Assembly: GCF_000143415.4 (NCBI RefSeq)
Contig: NW_003314282.1
Span: 1,011,374 to 1,075,373 of the forward strand
DNA from: Selaginella moellendorffii
Taxonomy: Eukaryota > Plantae > Lycopodiophyta
Reading direction: 5' to 3'
Length of the DNA stretch: 64,000 nt
Shown: piece by piece, positions 23,269-35,385 of the stretch
Layout: every line of letters starts with the position of its first letter
How positions within the stretch are numbered: position 1 is the first letter of the stretch
Program-made: the position numbers and the translations under genes
The notes under the pieces: generated by a model
What the model was told of the DNA's origin: nothing
Database searches by the model: none
What the model saw: the letters and a program-made list of their open reading frames with translations, nothing else

Positions 23269-24485
23269 CTATGGCTTGAGGGAGAGCGCCAGGCCGAGCT
23301 TGGCGCTTTTCTCGAGCGCCTTGGTATCCACCTCGCCTGAGATCGAGATAACGGACTTGGGCCTCCACTCGTGCTGCACCACGGCCGCGATGCGTCCATG
23401 GTTATTCAACCGGGCCTTGATCGTCGTCAGCGCGTCCAGGCCATACATCCCACCGATGGAGAAGGTGTTCGCCTTGGTGGACAGCTTGTGGGATATCTCA
23501 GCTCCCACGGTGGTCCTCGTGAACGGGCTCAAGACGTGCGAGTACGAGGCCTTGAGGGTGTCACCCTTGTCAGCTCTGCGGCCACCAAAGAGATCAATGT
23601 CAGTCACAGGGACTCGCAGCTATGAAAATCAAGTAGCCAGCAAGCTCGGGATTCTAAGTCAGCCATCCAGGATCAAACAGGAAAGCTCGAGCTAGAGAAG
23701 ATCTTACACGACGACCGCGGCCGTAAACTCGGGCTTGTTGATGCCAACTCCAGCGTTGTACTTGGTGAAATTCCCCGACGCAGTGTCAAACGCGGCCTCT
23801 CCGCCGATGACGACGTCGTTGCTACCAAAGGCACTGGTGCATTCCACCACGGGAGACGAAGCTAGCCCAACGCTGGCAGTAACTCCGGCATACTGGTGGC
23901 AGTACTGGAGCTCCATCTGCGAAAAAGGAAGAGGTAAGAGAGAGAGAGAGAGAACAAGTTTTCCATTCTTTGCTTTGCTTGCCTTTCCAGATTTCTGATC
24001 CGGAAGACTGAAGTTGAAGATCGCCCTGGTCCCCGGAGCGAGATCATCGACCTTGACAGTGGAGAAGATCTACAAGAAAAAGGAACCATCTTATCTCACG
24101 AGGTAAGAGCTTCTTCACCTTCGATTGCGTGTCCACTTTCACATCCACCGTGACGTTCTTGCAGACGTAAGTGGTGGTGAAATCTCCATCGAAGACGTCC
24201 CCCTTCTTGACGCCGAAAGAGGAGAAAGTCTACAAAGCCACAGTTAAGAACCTCTCCTTGAATCCCAGCCGAGAAAAGATCTCTTCTTCTTACCAGCCCA
24301 GTGGAGGTCGTGGAGCTCAGACTGAATCGCTGATCGGCCGAGAAATCCTTGTAGAGGAGGTCTGCTCGCGCAAAATCAAGAAGAGAGGATGAGGAAATGC
24401 GATTTCACCGCGAATAGCAGCAGCACTCACCGCCAGTCTTCTTGCCAACATCCGACCAGAAACCGGGCCCCTTCTTTCCAGCCAT
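23269..24485 (-). CDS. VDAC: Mitochondrial outer membrane porin
   Basis: MAGKKGPGFWSDVGKKTGDLLYKDF...FDTASGNFTKYNAG...QHEWRPKSVISISGEVDTKALEKSAKLGLALSLKP. GC-AG intron at 23917-23982. Confidence 0.96.
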
Positions 24486-24579
24486 CGCGAGCGACGAGCA
24501 GCAGCGCCTAAAACCCCAGGGCACACAAAAACGCAAAAACTAGGGCGGCGCTGGGGATTAAACACCGTTGATGGAACGC

Positions 24580-24725
24580 ATCGACGGCCCACAGTCTCCG
24601 AGCTCATGTTAGGGTTTTTGAGAATGTTCCAGGCATATTCGATTTTTATGAATCTCACGTTTTCCAATCCAACGGCCGCGATTATGTTAGGGCTGTTCTT
24701 ACAAAAATCTTCTAGGCATATTCGT
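24580..24725 (-). promoter_or_regulatory. VDAC promoter: site II-like, telo-box and two GNATATNC (P1BS-consensus) motifs
   Basis: GGCCCA at ~24586, TTAGGGTTT at ~24609, GCATATTC at 24633-24640 and 24716-24723. Confidence 0.45.
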
Positions 24726-24772
24726 ATTTTAAATATTAGATGCTTTCACTTGTTTGCTTGGGAAACCACTTT

Positions 24773-26161
24773 TTAGACTGTGAGCAACACAAGCAATAAC
24801 ATCAGCCAGAGTGGTTTCTTGGAAAACTCTGCTGAGGAAGTATTGACATCCACCACCATGGTGGTGTTACAACCTTGAGCTCCAAATCCATACCTCATTT
24901 GCTCCAAGTCATATTCCACCGTCAAGTCGAGCTGCTGGTACGTCCCTATGACATTCAGGTTCGGTCCAACACTCTCAGACCTCCCAATTGCCATGCAAAT
25001 GGTATTGTTCACGCTGTCTGAATCATCAAGCAAAAACCATGTTGACACTTCGACTCCAGCACCGCCCAAAAAGTGGTAAGTGAGGGTTGCCGGTGGAGGA
25101 AAGTCGCTGTTTGCCGAGATGTTGTAGCAAAGCTCCACGCCAAGAGCGTCTGCGACGCTGCTTGACACTTCCACCAGATTGGTGGTGTAGTTTTTTATTG
25201 CTTGTACCAGCTGAGTGTAGAAATCCGACGTCAAGTAGCTCAAAAAGGTGGTGGTGTCAATCACTGTTCCACCGGTTCCATTGGAAAGAAATCCCTGAAT
25301 TGGAACTTGAAACTTGTTCTTGTCGATAGAAATGGTCGATAAGTTGATGAAGTATAGCTCGGCCGCTTGTGGGTTTGTGATCATGGGGGTGTAGGCCATG
25401 GACGAAGAAATGGAGGCGTTCCTGAGCTTGTAGTTCCCGATTACAAGCTTTCCACGGAAAGTATCCGAGGGCAAACAGTAGATAAACTTGCTCCTGTACC
25501 CCAACGCGCTCAATTGCCCCATGAATGACACGTTACCCTTGTCAAAACCCACGAAACCAGACGTATCGAGGAGTTCGAGCAGCCCCCCACTGTCGCGGCC
25601 ACAACCCAAGGACAAGTTAGCCGCCACTTTTCGGTTTCGTACGGAATCCATTGTTGCAATGTCGCTGACCAAGTCACCAGCCGACGAGAAGTTAGTGCCG
25701 TACGATGTGTTGTACGAGCAAGAGGAGGATGGTCCACAGCTCGTAGAAACAGCACTGAATGCCGAGCACGATGGAGAACCGCACGGAAGCTTGGTGTGAG
25801 AAGTTGACAAACCTGGCTGGAAGAGAGATGCGGTGGTGCAATTGATTGCACAGGACGAGGAGCATGCCACCCAAGAAAACCCGGAGTCCACCGCGAGAGT
25901 GAAGTTGAGCGGCTGGGGCGGAGTTCCCAGGCTGAGATCCATGGCGAAGTTGAGTGCACCATCGAAAAAGAAGCTGGCTTCCAAGGCTTGGCTGCTTTTT
26001 CGAGAAGAGGGCAAAAACAGGTTAGTGTTGACAATTGGCGTCCTATTGGGCGGGAAGAAACCAACACCACGGTTACGATATGGAGTCCTTGCACGCTGTC
26101 CTTGAATGCATCCTGCAAAAGTTACCAACAAGAGTACAATTGCTACACAAGAGATCTTCAT
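24773..26161 (-). CDS. A1 aspartic-protease-like (nepenthesin/TAXI fold) protein, type A; intact, putatively GPI-anchored
   Basis: Signal peptide MKISCVAIVLLLVTFAGCIQG; LGTPPQ, Cys-rich insert, FGAQGC; hydrophobic C-tail; 15 N-X-S/T sequons. Catalytic motifs read AVDS and DTTT. Confidence 0.9.
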   Translation of the reverse strand: MKISCVAIVLLLVTFAGCIQGQRARTPYRNRGVGFFPPNRTPIVNTNLFLPSSRKSSQALEASFFFDGALNFAMDLSLGTPPQPLNFTLAVDSGFSWVACSSSCAINCTTASLFQPGLSTSHTKLPCGSPSCSAFSAVSTSCGPSSSCSYNTSYGTNFSSAGDLVSDIATMDSVRNRKVAANLSLGCGRDSGGLLELLDTSGFVGFDKGNVSFMGQLSALGYRSKFIYCLPSDTFRGKLVIGNYKLRNASISSSMAYTPMITNPQAAELYFINLSTISIDKNKFQVPIQGFLSNGTGGTVIDTTTFLSYLTSDFYTQLVQAIKNYTTNLVEVSSSVADALGVELCYNISANSDFPPPATLTYHFLGGAGVEVSTWFLLDDSDSVNNTICMAIGRSESVGPNLNVIGTYQQLDLTVEYDLEQMRYGFGAQGCNTTMVVDVNTSSAEFSKKPLWLMLLLVLLTV

Positions 26162-26389
26162 TTGGAAACAAGCAAATTGCAAAGGCAAAGGAGATATATA
26201 TCTCGAGTTTACAAATCAATTCAGACTGAATTTTCTATGTTGACGCGGTTTGTATAGTAAACTTGACAAGATAAAGTTTTGAAGGTGTCTTACTTAAACA
26301 AGCAGGAGATACGTCAGGAGAGGAAGAAAAGAAAACGCTTGAGTTCTAGAAGATTTCAACACGAAGATGAAAACCAGAAGAAGTGTCAA

Positions 26390-26680
26390 GGACAAAAAAA
26401 ATGGCTGGATTGAGTCAAAGGTTAGAGCATCTAGTGAAAAGGCCTTGTCCTCATCTCTAGTTAACAAGGACAATTAGATTGTTGGCAAAAAGAAGACTGA
26501 CGATTTTGTCCTAGTCTCGAATCCATGGTCGGTGCTTAGAATGAACATCAATATGGATAGCAAGAAACAAGCGTCAATGGCGCATGAAGTGATCATAAAA
26601 AAGGACAAAACTCAGCAGTGCCACCATCGAAGAACAGGGATCATGACAATTTGAAGAGAAAGAAGAAGCACTCGGTCAAA
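26390..26680 (+). pseudogene. Truncated copy of the orphan gene at 31931-32464
   Basis: Near-identical DNA (AATGGCTGGATTGAG...AAGAAGCACTC) with an in-frame stop and deletions. Confidence 0.8.
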
Positions 26681-27023
26681 AAAACACCCTTGAAAGATTC
26701 CTTTTGGTTTGATAACAAGTACATCCAACGGCCACGATTGCTTTAGGGTTCTTCGAATAAGCTAATCTTTTGGTGCCTGCTACCGTCTTTCACTAAACGC
26801 ATAAACGAATTTTAGGTCGATTCGATCGGGTCTAGGGAAATTTCGATCGCCCATGCCGCCAGATTCTCCCCTCGCGCATCCAAATCGAGCGAAATTCCGC
26901 GCTTGACACTTCGCGTCTAGCAAGCTCATCGAGATGTACGGATGGTGCTAGGGTGTTTGAGAATGTGCCAGGCATATTCGATTTTTATGAATCAGAGGCG
27001 ATGTGTTCACTGAGAAACCACTT

Positions 27024-28050
27024 TTTAGATTGTGAGCAACAAAAGCAGTAGAGCCAGAGTGGTTTCTTGCAAAACTCTGCCAAGGAAGTAGTAGCCATTG
27101 GTGTTACAACCTTGAGCTCCAAATCTGAACCTCATTTGCTCCAAGACCATTGGTACGTCCCTATGACATTCTACAGCCCAACGCTCTCAGACCTCCCAAT
27201 TGCCATGCAAATGGTATTGTTCACGTTGCCTGAATAACCATATTGGCACTTTGATTCGATTGCCGGCACTGCCCAAGAAGTGATAAGAGAGGGGCTGCCG
27301 GTGGAGGAAAGTCGCTGTTTGCCGAGATGTTGTGGCAAAGCTCCAGGCCAAGAGCATCTGCATTGCTGCTTGACACTTCCACCAGATAGGTGGTGTAGTT
27401 TCTTATTGCTTGTACCACCTGAGTGTAGAAATCCGAAGCTCAAAAAGGTGGTGGTGTCAATGACTGTCCTACAGCTTGTAGTTTCAATTACAAGCTTTTG
27501 ACAGAAAGTATCCGAGGAAAACAGTAGATAAACTTGCTCCTGTATCCCAGCGCGCTCAATTTTTGGTTTCGTACGGAATCCATTGTTGCAATGTCGCTGA
27601 CCAAGTCACCAGCCGAGAAGTTAGTGGCGTACGATGTGTTGTACGAGCAAGAGGAGGATGGTCCACAGCTCGTAGAAACGGCACTGAATGTCGAGCACGA
27701 TGGAGAACCGCATGGAAGCTTGGTGTGATAGCTGGAAGAGAGATGCGGTGGTGCAATTGATTGCACAGGACGAGGAGCATGCCACCCAAGAAAACCCGGA
27801 GTCCACCGCGAGAGTGAAGTTGAGCGGCTGAGGCGGAGTTCCCAGGCTGAGATCCATGGCGAAGTTGAGTGCACCATCAAGAAAGAAGTTGGCTTCCAAG
27901 GCTTGGCTGCTTTTTCGAGAAGAGGGCAAAAACAGGTTAGTGTTGACAATTGGCATCCTGTTGGGTGGGAGTCCTTGCACGCTGTCCTTGAATGCATCCT
28001 GCAAAAGTTACCAACAAGAGCACAATTGCTACACAAGAGATCCTCATTTG
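27024..28050 (-). pseudogene. Type A aspartic-protease-like pseudogene
   Basis: Collinear with 24773-26161, with many deletions and frameshifts. Confidence 0.9.
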
Positions 28051-28109
28051 GAAACAAGCAACAAATCACCATATCAGAATTGACTGAATTTCGTGGTTTT
28101 ACTTGATAA

Positions 28110-28640
28110 GATAAAGTTCTGAAAGTGTCTTACTTAAGATACGTCAGGAGAGGAAGAAAAGAAAACACTTGAGTTGTAGACACGAAGACGTATGTTCAAG
28201 CACACAGACGCATTTTCAGCATATTCATCTAGCAGAAACCATGTCTGAAATTCAACCTGTATGTCATCCTCTAAGTGATAAGTCAGAGTTTGTGGTGGTT
28301 GTGTGTAGTAAATATCATTGCCAAGCAGTGCTCCAGTTCTGTTGCTCGATACTTGAGTGAGGTTAGAGTTGAGGTTTTGTATGGCCTGCACAAGAGGGGT
28401 GTAGGAATCTGCTGTGAAACAGCTGAATGCAAACGTTGAATCAATGATCGTTCCTTCAGTTCCATCTGCAAGAATGCCTTGCACCGGAAAAGTCAACGTG
28501 TCGTTGATACTTATGGATCTCAAACCGATGTAAATACAACACAGTGGAATTTGGATTTACTATGATTTCTTATAGTTGCCGAGCACAATTTTGCTGCTAA
28601 ACGTACCAGATGGAACAAAATGGATAAACTTGCTTTCCGT
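28110..28640 (-). pseudogene. Type B aspartic-protease-like fragment (3' half)
   Basis: GILADGTEGTIIDSTFAFS matches 38421-39150. Confidence 0.85.
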
Positions 28641-29689
28641 ATCCAAACTATGTACCTCTCGTCGAGCCACACTAAAAGGATAAGCCAGCTAAGCGAGCCA
28701 TGGGATTTTGAGATGGTGCGTTTCAGGACAGAGAGATTGAAGAACATAAGGAGCTGCGTCATTTCTCTGTGCAAAGGTATATTGATTGGCTCTTTGTGGA
28801 TGACGCTGCTGCTGAAGTATCACAATTATTGATTGGTGTATGCTATTATGCTTTTCTGATTATGATTATTGGACAGTTTTCGCGAGGGAAACAATGCCAG
28901 AATCAATTTAGAGTGAGCAGTGTTACAGCATAAATAGTCAGAGTGAGTTTACATGAGTTTCTTTATTGTCTAACTTTTTAGCTTTTCCAATGTTTGTCTT
29001 GCATCTTCAACACTTGCAATTTTCTTAAGCAGATTGCTTATTGTTTTCAATTCTTTGTACATATGCCCTTTCTTGTTTTGAATGCGTGGATGATAATCCC
29101 ATTGTTAGGCTGCAAGCAAAAAGACTTTGGCTTCTCATGCACAATCACTGTGTGTTTGATAATCTTGAGAGATCTTTCATAACCTTTTTCCCTCTAGCTT
29201 CCTTGGTTGAGCATGAATCTCTGTAAAGACAATGGGCAAAGAGATTCCCAAATGGGTCTAGTTTGTCCAAAATTTTGTTAGCATATAACTTCATTGTTTG
29301 AGTAAAAACACAATCTCATATATCTTATTCTTATCCACACTTGGTTTCTTTGCCACAAGGTATTGTTCTAATGGAATAGTTGTTCCACTGAAAAATTTGA
29401 GGGATGCTGTGGCCTTGTGAGCATGGATTAGTGTCCAACACAAGCATGGGTTTCTTATCCAAAGTTGGTGGTAGTAGCAAAGAATTGTCTAACAACTCCA
29501 CCTTTTTGCTCTTCTCTTTGGTAGTGATCACAAAACTCCACTCCCCATACTCCTACAGCCTCTTTATAGTTATGAAGAAAGATAGAAAGAATGCGAGCCA
29601 TAGCTTAATCACAACAAATCTTTATAAATCAAGTTAATTCACTTCCATAATTCTGGCTAAGTAGCACGTAGAAATTCACTCCATGCTCA

Positions 29690-30960
29690 GGATCCTTGTG
29701 GCAAGCAGCCAGCAGTGAGACCCAAGCAACACTCTCAGGCTTGAAGGGCATGTTATGGATAAGCTCCTCGGCCTTGTCCAACTCTTCAGCCCTTGCAAAT
29801 GTGTCAGCAAGCCCACAGTAGTGTTCTCCCGTAGGACTTTATAATCTGGGATCATCGACTGAAAGTAGTCCTCACCATGCTCAAGTGGCAGCATGCCACA
29901 AGCATGCTCATAAAGACGATGTGATCAGGCATTGTGCTCTCCTGGATGATCCTGTGAAAGGTTTCCAAGGCCTCAGTTACATGCCCGGTGGAAGCATACA
30001 TGGCCACCACTACAGTGCATGAGAGCAAGTCTCGCTTTGGCATTCTCTCAAACGAAACTCAAGCTTCCAAGAGGAGTCCCTTGTGAGCAAAACCCACCAC
30101 CATTGCCACCCATGCGATTGCATCACGCTCCTCGATCGCCTGGAAGAGGCTCATTGCTTCTTGGAGGTGGCCATTCCAGAGATAGGCCAAGAGGAGTGCT
30201 GATTCAATCAAAAATAAACTTTGCATTTTCACAATGGTTTCTAGAGGCAAGCATATGAATCATTGTCGTCCAAGAGATCTTGTCGCAGTGAGACATGTTT
30301 TGGATAGAATCCAGTGCCTCCTCCAAATGCGCAGTCGCAGCATATGCATAGAGCATGGAGTTCCAAGCAACCACGTCTTTGTTTGGCACCATCTCAAACA
30401 AAGCTTTAGCTTCTTCCACGCAGCCGTTAAATGCGTAGCCGTCCATCATAGCCGTAAATGCCGCCTCATTAAGATCCGGGGCATCTTCAAAGAGAATCTT
30501 TGCTTGGCATATTCTGTGATCATGGTCGCCCATGTTACTACATTCCTTGTGGGCATTCTATGGTTCTGGCAGTGGCCTATCATGGCCGTCCAACGTCCTT
30601 TTGGGGCAGATTATCGAACACCTCACTCACGCGTGAGAGATGCCCGTTATGGGCATATGCCATGATCATGGCGGAGATTGCTCCGGCAAGGACCGCCTCT
30701 GCCTTGCCGAGATTGCCACTCTGCGAGTACATCTCGATCATCGTGCTCCAGGTGATGGAATTCTTTGGCAGGGATGCGATCGAAGAGCTGCTTGGCGCGC
30801 TGCACGTCCCCGGCCGAGATATCTGGACGAGGAGATTTCGCAGGAATACGCTGTTATTGTGGTCGCTGTGAAGGATCTGGGCGTGGATCCGGCGGGCATC
30901 GCTGGGATTGTCGCAAGATCTGACGAGGGCGGGAAGCTCTTGGACTCGCATCGCATCATG
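29690..30960 (-). pseudogene. PLS/E-class PPR pseudogene
   Basis: FLRNLLVQ, DVVAWNSMLYAYA, EHYCGLAD-type E region; frameshifted; duplicate of 41754-43283. Confidence 0.85.
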
Positions 30961-31159
30961 ATGATGGGGACGTCCGAGGTTCAAGTCCTGGCAGGTTCTA
31001 AGCTTCCAGCCACGAAGTTTTCATGGCACGCGGCTATAACTCATCCCCCATCGTGCAGCCGCACTCCAAATGCTGGAGGTAATCGCAATTGGGCACGCTC
31101 GTTAGAAACACAATTAATTTCATTTTTTCTTGTAGCTTGGATGGATTTCTCTTGCTGCG

Positions 31160-31790
31160 AGTTCAGCAAGTTGTCCAACGAATGACTTGTTTGTCTTTGC
31201 AAATCCCACCAGGCCTGATGCATTGAGAATTCCCAGCAATCTCGTGCTTTCTCGACCACATCCAAGTGAGATTCTGAGGCTTTAATTGCCTCTAGTTTTA
31301 CGTGGAGTTTTCATGGTTACAGCCATCTCACCAGCTGAGGAGTATTTGGGGCTGTAAGAAACATTATATAAGCATGTCGTGGAACCCACTGCTGAAGATC
31401 CGCAAGCGTTTGTGGAGAAAGCAGGGGACGTCGAGCAGAAAGGAGAGGTGCAAGGAATAGATGTGGATGATACCGATGACAGAGGGGTTCGTTTGTGGAA
31501 ACATTGCAATCGATGCAAGGAGAGCACGCACAGCCCAGAAGAATTCCGAGTTAAGATGGTGAAGTTGTGCTGCATAGGAGGAGTTCCCAAATTGAGATTC
31601 ATGGCGAAGTTGCAGCCGTTATCTACATACAAACTCGGGTGGAGTTCGCTGGAGTTCGTCTTTGCTTCCAGGCGGCAACTCCCATCTCGAAGAATAACAT
31701 TGGCAAACCCTAAAGGAGCAGCCTTGGCACTAAATTCCCAAATGCACACAAGAGCCAGTAGGAAACAAAGCACAGACCGACGAACTAGCT
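31160..31790 (-). pseudogene. Type B aspartic-protease-like fragment (5' half)
   Basis: LCFLLALVCIWEFS...NLGTPPMQHNFT matches 39160-39820. Confidence 0.85.
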
Positions 31791-31930
31791 AGACTGAGAG
31801 ACTCAGTGAGGTTGATATATCAACAGTTTTCATAAACATCATCCAGTAAAAGATAAGACCTAACACTTAAAATTATTTCGGTTTACCTTTTACCAATATA
31901 AAACCATAGCATGGCAAAACCTACATAGCT

Positions 31931-32464
31931 ATGGCAAGGGCAAAGAAGGCGGCCACTGCACCGAAGTTAGCCAAGTCACAGAGAGACAAGAAAAATGGCT
32001 GGATTGAGCCAAAGGTTACAGTATCTAGTGAAAAGGCCTTGTCCTCAGCTCTAGTTAACAAGGAAAATGAGATTGTTGGCAAGAAGAAGACTGACGATTT
32101 CGTGCTAGTCTCGAATCCATGGTCAGTGCTTAGATTGAACATCGATATGGATAGCAAGAAACAAGCGTCGGTGGCTCATGAAGCGATCATCAAAAAGGAC
32201 AAGCAAAACTCAGCAACGCCACCATCAAAGAACGGTGAGCTGGATCATGCCAATTTGAAGAGAAAGAAGAAGCACTCTAAGAAATCATCAAGCGCTGCCC
32301 TGGAGAACAAGGATGAATCTGATGCCAGGAAAATCGAATTGGAACGTGAGGAAGTGGTTGAGGAAACGGCCTTGAAAGAAGAAAGAGTGGTCGATCAGAG
32401 CTCGGGACTCTTGATCGTAGTGACTCTTTTAGTTATTGCTATCTTGTTCTTCATGCTAATGTGA
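31931..32464 (+). CDS. Hypothetical 177-aa Lys/Glu-rich protein with C-terminal transmembrane helix
   Basis: Intact ATG-to-stop ORF, basic patch KRKKKHSKK, tail GLLIVVTLLVIAILFFMLM. A decayed paralog exists at 26390. Confidence 0.55.
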   Translation: MARAKKAATAPKLAKSQRDKKNGWIEPKVTVSSEKALSSALVNKENEIVGKKKTDDFVLVSNPWSVLRLNIDMDSKKQASVAHEAIIKKDKQNSATPPSKNGELDHANLKRKKKHSKKSSSAALENKDESDARKIELEREEVVEETALKEERVVDQSSGLLIVVTLLVIAILFFMLM

Positions 32465-32787
32465 AACAAGGTTTTCCTTTTGGTTTGATAACAAGTACAT
32501 CCAACGGCCACGATTGCTTTAGGGTTCTAGCTTGTGGGCGGCTAATCTTTTGGTGCTCTTCCACTAAACGCATAAACGAATTCTAGGTCGATTCGATCGG
32601 GTCTAGGGAAATTTCGATCGCGCATGCGGCCGGATTCTCCCTTCGCGCATCCAAATCGAGCGAAATTCCGCACTTCGCGTCTAGCTAGAGCCAGGACAAT
32701 CTCATCGAGAGCCGTGTTTTTTAGAATGTGCCAGGCATATTCGATCTTTATGATTCGTTTTTTGAATATTGGCATATTCGACACTTT

Positions 32788-33973
32788 CTAGATTGTGAGC
32801 AAAAAATGCTCCAAGTCATATTCCACGGTCAAGTCGAGCTGCTGGTACGTCCCTATGACATTCAGGTACAGTCCAACGCTGTCAGACAGCCCGATTGCCA
32901 TGCAAATGGTATTGTTCACGTTGCCTGAATCATCAAGCAAAAACCATGGTGGCACTTCGATTCGAGCACCGGCACCGCCCAAGAAGTGATAAGAGAGGGG
33001 CTGCTGGTGGAGGAAAGTGATGTTGTGGCAAAGCTCCAGGCCAAGAGCATTTGCGATGCTGCTTGATACTTCCACCAGATTGGTGGTGTAGTTTCTTATT
33101 GCTTGTACCAGCTGAGTGTAGAAATCCGATGCCAAGTAGCTCAAAAAGGTGGTGGTGGCAATGACTGTTCCACTGGAAAGAAGTCCCTGAATTGGACTTG
33201 AAACTTGTTATTGTCGATAGAAATGGTAGCTAAGTTGATGAAGTAGAGCTCGGCTGCTTGTGGGTTTGTGATCATGGAGGTGTAGGCCATGGACGAAGAA
33301 ATGGAGGCGTTCCTGAGCTTGTAGTTCCCAATTACAAGCTTTCCACGGAAAGTATGCTAGGGCAAACAGTAGATAAACTTGCTCCTGTGCTCAATTGCCC
33401 TATGAATGACACGTTACTGTCAAGGAGTTCGAGCAGCCCCCCACTGTCGCGGCCACAACCCAAGGACAAGTTGGCCGCCACCTTTTGGTTTCGTACGGAA
33501 TCCATTGTTGCAATGTCGCTGACCAAGTCATCAGCCGAGGAGAAGTTAGTAGCGTACGATGTGTTGTATGAGCAAGGGGAGGATGGTCCACAGCTCGTAG
33601 AAATGGCACTGAATGCTGAGCACGAAGAAGCTTGGTGTGAGAAGTTGACAAACCTGGCTGGAAGAGAGATGCGGTGGTGCAATTGATTGCACAGGACGAG
33701 GAGCATGCCACCCAAGAAAACCCGGAGTCCACCACGAGAGTGAAGTTGAGCGGCTGAGGTGGAGTTCCCAATCTGAGATCCATGGCGAAATTGAGTGCAC
33801 CATCGAGAAAGAAGCTGGCTTCCAAGGTTTGACTGCTTTTGCGAGAAGAGGGCAAAAACAGGCTAGTGTTGACAATTGGCGTCCTGTTGTGCGGGAAGAG
33901 ACCACCAGCACGGTTGGGATGTGGAATCCTTGCACGCTGTCCTTGAATGCATCCTGCAAAAGCTACCAACAAG
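32788..33973 (-). pseudogene. Type A aspartic-protease-like pseudogene split by hAT insertion (5' end resumes at 38257-38310)
   Basis: Collinear with the type A gene. The signal-peptide codons continue after 38256. Confidence 0.9.
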
Positions 33974-34174
33974 CATAGTTACAAACACGGCCGGGATCCC
34001 AGCCTGTTTCATGAACACAGCCATGGTTCATGTTCCCACGGCCAGTGTTCATGAACAGAGTATACTGTTGCGAACACAGGCCGTGATCCCGGCCATGGTT
34101 GCCAGGATCATGGCCCATGTTTGTTTGATTCATGCACGCAACAATCTAGGGTAAGCTCTTGATCTTGTTTGCCA

Positions 34175-34320
34175 CCACTGCCACGGCCGATTCTGGCAGT
34201 GCCACAGCTGCTGCTGCCACTGCTGATTCTGGCAGTGCCACAGCTGCTGCTGCCACTGCTGATTCTGGCAGTGCCACAGCCGCTGCTGCCACTGCTGATT
34301 CTGGCAGTGCCACAGCCACC
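34175..34320. repeat. 36-bp minisatellite, about 4 copies, inside the hAT
   Basis: Unit GCCACTGCTGATTCTGGCAGTGCCACAGCTGCTGCT. Confidence 0.92.
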
Positions 34321-35385
34321 TCCGCCTCTCCATTTGCCACGGATTGAGAGGCGCTTCATCTGCCCTCCTGCTGCCAAGCATGGCACAGCAATCTAGCATC
34401 TGCAGGGGCGAATCACAGTGGTGGGATGATGTAAGTGTGCTTAGGGGGCACCACAAACTGTAGTCATGCAAATATTGCACAATGGTGAACAAGCTTAATG
34501 GTGTTGATTGTGTGCAAGCTTATCTATTGGGAAAAGGCCTAGGCAGCAGGGATATTGTGAGTTGCCCCCTTATCCCAGGTAACAAGAAGGTAGAGTTGGT
34601 TAATGTGCAAAAGGTTATTGATTTTGAAATATGTAAAAGGGGGAAGAAATGGTTGAATGTAGAACTTTCAGTGCTAGTGGTATTATCCCAAGCAAGTGGA
34701 AGTGATTGTCTTTACTTGTTGTTTAGCAAGAAGAGCCAAGTCCATATTGTAGATTTAATGAATCCATAATGGAAGAGTTGAGTTGATGCAGTGATTAGAA
34801 GATTTTTCTAGAATGAACATATTCCATTTATGAAGGCTTGATCCCCTTACTTCCTCAACATAATCCAGGAAGTTGCCAGGCATAGTGTGCATTATGCACC
34901 ACTAAAATATAATGATCTTCGGAAGAAGCTTTTATTGAAAGAGAAGGGATTCATTGATGTTGAGATGGCATCCATGAAGAAGCAGTAAGAGCAGAGAGGT
35001 GTAACCATAGGCAGATAGGAGGAATTGGCATATTATAAGATTTGTGGTATATAGTCAAGGATGGTAGCTTTTTTGAAGGTTATCAATATTTCCTCAACAG
35101 GAAAAATAGTTGAGAATATTTTTGTGTTGTTGGGAAGAAGGCATTAGCATTGTGGGTGCAAAGAATATTATTATGGTTATAACAAATAGGGAAAATGTGA
35201 ATAGAGTAGCAACAATAATGCAAAGGTACCTAAAGATTCAATTGGCAACATATTTTGCCCATTGTTTGAACAATGCCTTAAAAGACTTCAGTGAACTTTC
35301 ATGGATGGTAATGCTTCTAGAGCAAGAAAAGGCTTTGGTGAACTTTGTCAGGAACCACTTTCATATGGTGGCACTATTAGCAAAG

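Noticed and set aside
34108-34492. Repetitive ORFs (WHCQNQQWQQQL, AVALPESAVAAA)
   Set aside because: Translations of the 36-bp minisatellite in the hAT; no independent evidence of coding.
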